This document shows positions 9,016 through 14,958 of a stretch of DNA of 32,000 nt, one piece after another. Each line of letters opens with the position of its first letter. Positions within the stretch are counted from its first letter, which is position 1. Under the pieces are notes generated by a model. That model saw nothing but the letters and a program-made list of their open reading frames with translations, was not told where the DNA came from and made no database searches. Position numbers and translations under genes: made by a program. The DNA comes from Candidatus Electronema aureum (GTDB lineage Bacteria; Desulfobacterota; Desulfobulbia; Desulfobulbales; Desulfobulbaceae), in the NCBI GenBank assembly GCA_004284765.1, contig NQJD01000014.1:1-32000 (forward strand), given 5' to 3'.

Positions 9016-9050
9016 GCCGATGAACGGTATCTCAGGTACTGTTCATCGGC
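9016..9050. promoter_or_regulatory. 15-bp-stem hairpin GCCGATGAACGGTAT-ctcag-GTACTGTTCATCGGC
   Basis: Paired by hand: 13 Watson-Crick pairs plus 2 G-U pairs, with a 5-nt loop. It lies between hflC and the first HesB-like gene and contains two of the five TGAACAG/CTGTTCA heptamers clustered at 8936-9045. Confidence 0.5.
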
Positions 9051-9114
9051 ATGTTTGGCCCGTATTGACGATCATTGCGATCGCACGAAGTTATACATCT
9101 AGGAGAAAAAAAGA

Positions 9115-9510
9115 ATGCTGATCGTAACAAATCCCGCCATTGCCGCCATCAAGGAGCACCTGAGCCAGCACAGCATGGATTCCGCAGTGCGCATCACCAT
9201 GATGGGCGGCTGCTGCATTGGGGAAAACCTGCGTTTCACACTGGGCGAGACACAGCTGAATGACTTGGCCTTCACCGTTGACAGCGTCCTTTTTCTGATA
9301 GACCGCAATCTTGCTGCGCAATGCGGAGCCATCAAGGTGGATTTCGCCTCAGAATACGACCATTGCCAGTGCACCGGCCGCAACGGCGGCTTCAGCATCA
9401 GCAGCGAACGGTTCACATTTCGCTGCGGCGGCAAAGGCGGCTGCGAGCGGTGCACTGCCGCCTGCATGGAAAGGGCTGAGGATGCCTGCATCTGCGCGCA
9501 GGGGAGGTGA
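9115..9510 (+). CDS. Cys-rich HesB/IscA-like (Fe-S biogenesis fold) protein, copy A
   Basis: 131 aa, with AGGAGA 8 nt upstream. The topology resembles IscA: ...AAIKEHL...VRITMMGGCCIGENLRFTL...FLIDRNLAAQCGAIKVDF...GGFSISSE. However, it has GGCC, an HCQC insertion and a C-rich tail (RCGGKGGCERCTAACMERAEDACICA). There are 11 Cys in total. Confidence 0.55.
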   Translation: MLIVTNPAIAAIKEHLSQHSMDSAVRITMMGGCCIGENLRFTLGETQLNDLAFTVDSVLFLIDRNLAAQCGAIKVDFASEYDHCQCTGRNGGFSISSERFTFRCGGKGGCERCTAACMERAEDACICAQGR

Positions 9511-9569
9511 ACACCGCCGCCGCGCTCTGTTCTGCGGATGCAGCGACGCGAAAAACAGCGCAGCGTATC

Positions 9570-9638
9570 GTAGGAGCAGACCCCCGTGTCTGCCCAACAG
9601 CGATGGCAACCGGGCGAACACAGGGGGTCGCCCCTACA
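9570..9638. repeat. REP-like nested palindrome, copy 1 (double hairpin)
   Basis: Sequence: GTAGGAGCAGACCCCCGTGTCTGCCC-aacagcgatggcaacc-GGGCGAACACAGGGGGTCGCCCCTACA. It forms two local hairpins, GGAGCAGAC/GTCTGCCC and GGGCGAAC/G(G)TCGCCC. The outer termini GTAGG.GC...GCCCCTAC are also inverted. Confidence 0.8.
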
Positions 9639-9684
9639 GGATGTTGGCAGGGCTTGCGAACTGATACAATGAGGAGAAAAAAGA

Positions 9685-10062
9685 ATGCTGACTGTGACAA
9701 ATCCCGCCCTTGCTGCCATCAAGGAGCATATGCGTCAGCAACATATTGATTCCGCAGTCCGCATCACTATGATGGGCGGCTGCTGTAGCGGGGAAAATCT
9801 GCGCTTCACTCTGGACGAGAAGCAGCCTAATGACCTCAGCTTCACCTTGGACAGCATCACCTTTTTGATTGACCGCGAGCTTGCTGCACAATGCGGGGCC
9901 ATCAAGATGGATTTCGCCGCAGAATATGACCATTGCCCATGCAGCGGCCACAACGGCGGCTTCAGTATCAGCAGCGAACGCTCTTCATTCCGCTGCTGCG
10001 GCAAAGGTGACTGTAAAGTAGAGTGCGCCACGAGTGCTGTGGATGCCTGCAAGTGCGCATAG
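9685..10062 (+). CDS. Cys-rich HesB/IscA-like protein, copy B (tandem paralogue of 9115..9510)
   Basis: 125 aa, with GAGGAG upstream. Over about the first 105 residues it is collinear with copy A and mostly identical to it. The tail differs (RCCGKGDCKVECATSAVDACKCA). Confidence 0.55.
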   Translation: MLTVTNPALAAIKEHMRQQHIDSAVRITMMGGCCSGENLRFTLDEKQPNDLSFTLDSITFLIDRELAAQCGAIKMDFAAEYDHCPCSGHNGGFSISSERSSFRCCGKGDCKVECATSAVDACKCA

Positions 10063-10088
10063 AGATACGAAAAATGGTGCAGCGTATC

Positions 10089-10157
10089 GTAGGGGCAGAC
10101 CCCCGTGTCTGCCCAGCGCAGATGGCACCAGGGCGAACACAGGGGTTCGCCCCTACA
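10089..10157. repeat. REP-like nested palindrome, copy 2 (double hairpin)
   Basis: Sequence: GTAGGGGCAGACCCCCGTGTCTGCCC-agcgcagatggcaccag-GGCGAACACAGGGGTTCGCCCCTACA. The 26-nt arms are imperfect inverted copies of each other (21/26 by hand), and each arm is itself an 8-bp hairpin. Confidence 0.8.
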
Positions 10158-10315
10158 ATGGGTCGCTTGATCGAATAAATCGGTTGCATAACCAATATGA
10201 ACCGCAGCCGCTCTCTGTTCTGCGGGTGCAGCAATACGAAAAACGGTGCTGTTGGCTATGACAAGCGCATAACCGGCAGCGTTCAGCAGCACAACTCAGC
10301 TTCAGGAGGCCGCAA

Positions 10316-10789
10316 ATGCCCGACAATCCCAATCCTTCCAACCCTCCCGGCAATCCGCCGCATGTCCCGACCTTAGCCGACAAGCAGATTGACCTGTCGG
10401 CGTTTCAGCTGGTTGACTATGATCAGGAGGAAATCCGCAGCCTGCCCAAGCCGCACGCAGGTTTTGCTGAGACCACCCGCCAGGCTTTGTCCGTGTATCC
10501 CGATTTCGAGGCGGCTCTCCAGCTCGCTGAAGAGGATTTTGACCCGGATAACGTCGCGGAACACCTTAATCTGGCGGATCAGCTTGTTCCGTATGCCGAC
10601 TGGCTGGAGCGACGGGCCGAGCAGGTGCGCGAAACCCGCATGGTGCATCTCGCCGAAGCCTACCGGCCTGTGCTGAAATTGTATCAGCGGATTCAGGCGG
10701 CAGCTGAATTCGATCCGCAGGTGGGCTATGCCTTCGCCTTCCTCGCTGAACACTTCGGCACCGGCAAAAAGAAGAGCAAGAAGGAGTAA
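10316..10789 (+). CDS. hypothetical protein (Pro/Asn-rich N-terminus, acidic helical body, Lys-rich tail)
   Basis: 157 aa, with a strong AGGAGG 6 nt upstream. I recognise no family. Confidence 0.5.
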   Translation: MPDNPNPSNPPGNPPHVPTLADKQIDLSAFQLVDYDQEEIRSLPKPHAGFAETTRQALSVYPDFEAALQLAEEDFDPDNVAEHLNLADQLVPYADWLERRAEQVRETRMVHLAEAYRPVLKLYQRIQAAAEFDPQVGYAFAFLAEHFGTGKKKSKKE

Positions 10790-10818
10790 GGACGCAGCGT
10801 CAACAAGGAGAAACAGCT

Positions 10819-11064
10819 ATGGCAAAGGTGGTGACGCTCCGGCTGACCGACACGGAATATCAGCTCTATGCGCGGGCGGCCAAGGCGGTGCAGCGTTCGG
10901 TGTCCAATCTGATCAATCATCTTGCCCAGCAGAAGCTGGAGGAAGATATTTTTGCGGATCAGAGCGAGATGGATGAGATTCTCGGCAGCCCGGAGCTGGT
11001 GAACGCCCTCCAGCAGGGGTCGCAGGACGCGGCGCAGAGGAAAGGCGCGTTTGTCGATGTATAG
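10819..11064 (+). CDS. ribbon-helix-helix (CopG-like) type II antitoxin
   Basis: 81 aa, with AAGGAG upstream. The N-terminus MAKVVTLRLTDTEYQLYARAAKAVQRSVSNLINHL fits an RHH beta-strand plus two helices. The gene overlaps the downstream toxin gene. Confidence 0.6.
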   Translation: MAKVVTLRLTDTEYQLYARAAKAVQRSVSNLINHLAQQKLEEDIFADQSEMDEILGSPELVNALQQGSQDAAQRKGAFVDV

Positions 11065-11335
11065 AATCTTTGAAACCGAGGGCTTTGTGCATTCCCTTGA
11101 GCAAAATTTCGGCGGCCAGCAGGAAAAGATTAAGAAGAAGCTCCGTCAGTACGTCTATCAGCAGCTCAAGACCGCGCCCGCCTTTGGTCCCAACATCAAG
11201 CGGCTCCGCGAATGGGAGCCGCCGACGTGGAGATACAGGATCGGGGACTATCGCTTCTTCTACGAGATTGATGAAGAGGAGAAAATTGTCTCTATGACCT
11301 TGGCGGCGCACCGCAGCGCGGCGTACAGAAGGTGA
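11057..11335 (+). CDS. RelE/ParE family type II toxin
   Basis: The ATG at 11057 overlaps the antitoxin stop (ATGTATAG); the track start is a TTG at 11051. The sequence ...GPNIKRLREWEPPTWRYRIGDYRFFYEIDEEEKIVSMTLAAHRSAAY matches the RelE/ParE signature (yR.RiGdYRi.Y.id...v.i..v.hR..aY). Confidence 0.75.
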   Translation: MYRIFETEGFVHSLEQNFGGQQEKIKKKLRQYVYQQLKTAPAFGPNIKRLREWEPPTWRYRIGDYRFFYEIDEEEKIVSMTLAAHRSAAYRR

Positions 11336-11393
11336 GTGGCAGCATACGCAGGAGCAAAGGCCGCTCTTTTAAAACGAACAAGCGGAGGCTGGC

Positions 11394-11582
11394 ATGAATG
11401 CCGCACTGGAATTGCGCCCGCAATTCATCGTGGATGCGAAAGGACGGAAGAAAGCTGTTGTCATTCCCTTTGACGCATACGAAAAGCTGATGGAAGACTT
11501 GGCTGATCTGGCTGCCGCTGCCGAAGGACGGTGCGGAGCAGCACCAAGAGGGCGAACACAGGGGTTCGCCCCTACAAAATAA
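11394..11582 (+). pseudogene. Orphan Phd/YefM-type antitoxin-like ORF whose 3' end is supplied by a REP copy
   Basis: GGAGG lies upstream. The sequence MNAALELRPQFIVDAKGRKKAVVIPFDAYEKLMEDLADLAAAAEGR looks antitoxin-like. The last roughly 17 codons (RCGAAPRGRTQGFAPTK) read through the REP hairpin at 11550-11576. No toxin gene follows. Confidence 0.4.
11550..11576. repeat. REP-like element, copy 3 (single hairpin half)
   Basis: GGGCGAACACAGGGGTTCGCCCCTACA is identical to the right half of copy 2. Confidence 0.75.
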
Positions 11583-11686
11583 TCTAAAGAATCGATATCG
11601 CGACCGGAATTGGAGAGACGAGAATTTCTTTGTCCCTACCTTCAGCCCGGTCAGCGGCGCATTTTTTCAACCAAGAGGAGACAGCA

Positions 11687-12655
11687 ATGAGTTCATGTAA
11701 AAGTTCCTGCGGCAGCGGCAAGTCCAGCTGCGGATCACCAACTGACGCGCAGGCCCATTTGGCCCAGCAGGACATCGCCATCACCAAATCGCTCGGCAAA
11801 ATCAAGCACAAGATACTGGTGATGAGCGGCAAGGGCGGGGTCGGCAAATCAACGGTGGCGGTCAACCTCGCTTTAGGGCTGGCCGAGCGCGGCTGGAAGG
11901 TGGGTTTGATGGACGTTGACCTGCACGGCCCGGATGTCTGCCGGATGCTCAACCTCACCGGCAGCTTAGAGCCAGCGCAGAAGGCGAATGACCTCGTTGC
12001 GCCGCTGCTCTACAACGGCAAGGTGAAGGTGGTCTCGCTCGAATATATGATGAAAGACCGCGACGAGGCGATCATCTGGCGCGGGCCGCTGAAGATCCAG
12101 GCCATCCGCCAGTTTGTCTCTGACATGGACTGGGGCGAGCTGGATTATCTGATCGTTGACGCGCCTCCAGGCACTGGTGATGAGCCGCTTTCTGTGGCCC
12201 AAACCATGCCCAACGTGCAGGCAGTGGTTGTGACCACGCCGCAGGAGGTGGCCTTGGCTGATGTGCGCAAGTCGATCAACTTCTGCAAGACCGTGAAGAT
12301 GCCTATTGTCGGTGTGGTGGAGAATATGTCCGGTTTCGTCTGCCCTCATTGCGGCGAGACGGTCGATATTTTCAAGACCGGCGGCGGAGAAAAGACTGCC
12401 CGTGACTTTGATTTGCCCTTCTTAGGCAGAATTCCCATGGACCCGCGCGTGGTGATGGGCGGCGACAGCGGCACGCCCTATCTTTCCTCCGGCGCAGACA
12501 GTCCGGCGGTCAAAGCCTTTGCCGCCGTGGTCAGTGCAGTGGAGCAGCGGCTGCCTGCCAAGGGCATCAGCCTGAACATGGCCAGTTCCTCCACCTGCGG
12601 ATGCGGCTGTGGCAGCAGTTGCGCGCCAGAAAAAACCGAAACCTGCACCTGCTAA
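11687..12655 (+). CDS. mrp: Mrp/NBP35 (ApbC) family Fe-S cluster carrier ATPase with Cys-rich N- and C-terminal tails
   Basis: The start is taken at the ATG at 11687 (AGGAG 6 nt upstream); the track ORF starts at 11630. The protein has a deviant Walker A (MSGKGGVGKST), DAPPGTGDE and the FVCPHCG CxxC motif. The tails are MSSCKSSCGSGKSSCGS... and ...SSSTCGCGCGSSCAPEKTETCTC. Confidence 0.85.
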   Translation: MSSCKSSCGSGKSSCGSPTDAQAHLAQQDIAITKSLGKIKHKILVMSGKGGVGKSTVAVNLALGLAERGWKVGLMDVDLHGPDVCRMLNLTGSLEPAQKANDLVAPLLYNGKVKVVSLEYMMKDRDEAIIWRGPLKIQAIRQFVSDMDWGELDYLIVDAPPGTGDEPLSVAQTMPNVQAVVVTTPQEVALADVRKSINFCKTVKMPIVGVVENMSGFVCPHCGETVDIFKTGGGEKTARDFDLPFLGRIPMDPRVVMGGDSGTPYLSSGADSPAVKAFAAVVSAVEQRLPAKGISLNMASSSTCGCGCGSSCAPEKTETCTC

Positions 12656-12718
12656 ATCCGTCCGGTCAGGGGCGGTAGCGCTCCTGACCATCCTCTCTGA
12701 CCTCTTCCAGATTGTGTT

Positions 12719-13357
12719 ATGAAAATAGAGCAACTGACCGTCGGCATGATGAATGTCTGCTGTTACATTGTCTCCTGCGAGAAGACCGGCAAGGCTGCTG
12801 TGATCGATCCCGGCGGTGACGAGGGCAAAATTTTGGCTGCCTGCAAGAAAAGCGGGCTGGAAGTGATCTCTATTATCAACACCCACGGCCATCCTGACCA
12901 TGTCTGCGGCAACGGGCCGCTTCAGCAGGCCACTGACGCGAAGATTATCATGCACCGGGCAGATGCCGAATTCTTCAGTACCGAGGAAGCGCGGAGCTAT
13001 TTTGCCATGCTCGGCCTGCCGGAGTCGCCGCCTGCGGACATTTTAGTCGAGGACGGGAGCATCATCAGCATCGGCGAGGAGCAATTGACCGTGATCCACA
13101 CACCGGGCCACAGTCCAGGTGGCATGTGTCTGTATCATGCGCCGGATTGCTTCACTGGCGATACACTTTTTGTCGGCGGCGTGGGGCGAACAGACTTCCC
13201 GGGCGGCTCTATGAAGGAGCTGTCGCAGTCGATCAGCGAGCGGCTGCTGACTTTACCGCCGGAAACCATCGTTTGGCCGGGCCACAGCTACGGTGGTTCC
13301 AAATCCACCATCGGTAAAGAGGCACGGAGCAATCCGTATTTCAATTCGTATCTCTGA
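12719..13357 (+). CDS. MBL-fold metallo-hydrolase (glyoxalase II-like)
   Basis: 212 aa. Motifs present: THGHPDH, HTPGHSPGG and GDTLFVGGVGRTDFPGGS. Confidence 0.85.
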   Translation: MKIEQLTVGMMNVCCYIVSCEKTGKAAVIDPGGDEGKILAACKKSGLEVISIINTHGHPDHVCGNGPLQQATDAKIIMHRADAEFFSTEEARSYFAMLGLPESPPADILVEDGSIISIGEEQLTVIHTPGHSPGGMCLYHAPDCFTGDTLFVGGVGRTDFPGGSMKELSQSISERLLTLPPETIVWPGHSYGGSKSTIGKEARSNPYFNSYL

Positions 13358-13397
13358 GCGAGGCAACCTTACCTTGCCTCTACTGCATCAGCAACTT

Positions 13398-13426
13398 GAA
13401 AGGGCAGGCCCTTGGTCTGCCTTTTG
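13398..13426 (+). terminator. Putative intrinsic terminator after the MBL-fold gene
   Basis: The stem GGCAG/CTGCC (13403-13407 / 13417-13421) is extendable by A-T pairs and is followed by TTTT. A second 7-bp hairpin, GAGGCAA/TTGCCTC, lies at 13360-13380. Confidence 0.4.
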
Positions 13427-13555
13427 CATTGACAGCACTACCTGTTCAAACGAATTTCCCTGATCAACGCCCTGAAGATCGAATAAAAGAGTACAACACG
13501 TACAGTTCATCTGAGCAACTGAATCGCGTAATTCATAATTGAGTGAACTTTTCCA

Positions 13556-14857
13556 ATGAATTTCTCTGTGCTACATCTCTTTGCTGGCCTCTTTCTTCTT
13601 GTCGTCATCTTTTTTTCGGCAAAACGATCAGCATTTTGCATTCTCCGCAAGAAAGAAATCCAGCCTGATGTCGCCAAAGATGTAATGAAGATCCTTTCTG
13701 TCGCATTCTTTGTTGTTTATTTGTTTACCGCGTTGCTTTCATATCTGCTTCTTACTCCGCAGGTCGCAGAACCTTTCCGCACGATGCTATCTCCACCGGC
13801 AAATATCGCTCCTGCCGTGCCGATTGTTGCAATACCGCACGGGAAAATGGCAGCAGAGCAAGGCCGCGATGAACGGCAGCGGCTGCTTGCAGAAGAAACA
13901 GAGCTATTGATCAGAGCTGCGGAGGAACGCCATCAGCTTTTCAGTCAGAAAAGTCCCTACGTTGTTCCTGAAGGCATATCCGGGACTGAGGATAAATATA
14001 TCGTTCCACATGTTGAACAGCTTGCACCACCTGCTGCGCCCAATGAAAATGCACTTGCTGAGAACAAGATATCTGTCCAAGAATTGGTGGCATCCGCAGA
14101 AGGCATATCATCAATCTTGCCTGAGCAGCATCAGCACCCTTTACAGATTCCGGTGCAGTCTTCCGCAGAGCAAATTATTCCTCTACAAGAGCCTCCCTCT
14201 GCACCTGCTGCCAGCGAAATGAATTCACCTGCTCAGGTGGTTACTCCACAGCAGCAAGCGTTGCCTGAGATACTACAGCCTACTGCCACGTCAGCAGCAA
14301 TCCCCAAGGGAATAGATCAGCAGATTGCAATGACCCAACAGCAACCCGTTCAATCGCTGCCAGCAATACAAAAAGTGTCCTGCGAAGAGATAAAAGGATA
14401 CATGGACGATACTGATTATCAGGTGCTTCGTTCTGCCATAGCAAAACCGGCAGGTGTCGTTACACCTTGGAAAGGGCCAAATGGGGCATATCATGTCACC
14501 GCAGGAGCAATCAAAGGCAGTTGCAGAGAGTACAGCATTCAGGCAAACCTGTCGGAAAAATCCTTGCAGTGCCATGTCTCATGCGTCAGCAGTACCAGCA
14601 TTGCCGCACCAGCAAACAGCAGAATGATTCCTCAGCAAAGAAGTGATCAAGAAGTGATCCGCGATTCGATGAATAGCAGCGACCAAGATGCCTTTATTAA
14701 GGCTCTGACCTATCACGGCCCTGTTTCGTGGCGTAGCTTGAACGGCGTTTTCTATACAGTTGCTCCTGTCCGCCTTAATGGCCCTTGCAAGGTCTATCAT
14801 GTGCAGGCCAATATTCAAGGAAGAGTCTTTCAATACAATGAATCAAACTGCCAATAG
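13556..14857 (+). CDS. hypothetical membrane-anchored protein with a Q/P-rich linker and two copies of a Cys-containing ~65-aa domain
   Basis: 433 aa. There are two hydrophobic segments near the N-terminus. The two repeats are ...VVTPWKGPNGAYHVTAGAIKGSCREYSIQANL... and ...PVSWRSLNGVFYTVAPVRLNGPCKVYHVQANI... These loosely resemble the 'surface antigen' (W..p.tG..G.v.p...g..CReY) domain as I remember it. No convincing SD precedes the start, so the start is uncertain. The gene is lower in GC by eye. Confidence 0.5.
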   Translation: MNFSVLHLFAGLFLLVVIFFSAKRSAFCILRKKEIQPDVAKDVMKILSVAFFVVYLFTALLSYLLLTPQVAEPFRTMLSPPANIAPAVPIVAIPHGKMAAEQGRDERQRLLAEETELLIRAAEERHQLFSQKSPYVVPEGISGTEDKYIVPHVEQLAPPAAPNENALAENKISVQELVASAEGISSILPEQHQHPLQIPVQSSAEQIIPLQEPPSAPAASEMNSPAQVVTPQQQALPEILQPTATSAAIPKGIDQQIAMTQQQPVQSLPAIQKVSCEEIKGYMDDTDYQVLRSAIAKPAGVVTPWKGPNGAYHVTAGAIKGSCREYSIQANLSEKSLQCHVSCVSSTSIAAPANSRMIPQQRSDQEVIRDSMNSSDQDAFIKALTYHGPVSWRSLNGVFYTVAPVRLNGPCKVYHVQANIQGRVFQYNESNCQ

Positions 14858-14958
14858 CCAAAGATACTGAAAATCCTTGGTACTACCAAGACAACATCAT
14901 GTTTACCCAAGGACAGGGGACGCTTTTTTGCTCCATCTATGCGTTGCGCGGTAAAAAT

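Noticed and set aside
9076-9085. The palindrome TGCGATCGCA contains the cyanobacterial HIP1 octamer GCGATCGC.
   Set aside because: I noticed only a single perfect occurrence in 32 kb. HIP1 genomes carry it roughly once per kb, so this is not informative.
9644-9658. TTGGCAGGGCTTGCG upstream of the second HesB-like gene looked like a sigma54 -24/-12 promoter.
   Set aside because: The GG and GC dinucleotides are separated by 8 nt rather than the required 10. The alternative sigma70 reading (TTGGCA-15-TACAAT) has a short spacer and would start transcription inside the SD.
9115-10062. Whether the HesB-like genes are selenoproteins. HesB-like selenoproteins are known in some anaerobes.
   Set aside because: Both ORFs are uninterrupted by an in-frame TGA. 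The candidate position is encoded as TGC TGC (Cys-Cys). Reading through the TGA stop of copy A gives only REP-derived nonsense.
9099-10292. Minus-strand ORFs of 185-207 aa, and several 75-130-aa ORFs, spanning the HesB-like genes and REP elements.
   Set aside because: They run antisense through the better-supported, SD-preceded plus-strand genes and straight through the palindromic repeats. This is why they contain peptides like GQTRGSAPT and VGANPCVRP. They are repeat-translation artefacts.
9522-11576. Whether the repeated 69-bp elements are a CRISPR array or integron attC sites flanking gene cassettes (ORF + repeat, ORF + repeat, TA genes nearby).
   Set aside because: They are not CRISPR. 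There are only 2.5 copies, the spacing is irregular (519 and 1461 bp), whole genes lie between them, and no cas genes are present. They are not a convincing integron either. I cannot find the R''/R' core sites (RYYYAAC...GTTRRRY) at the ends, each arm is itself a perfect hairpin (unlike attC), and no intI lies in the window. A cassette-like mode of spread remains only a weak possibility.
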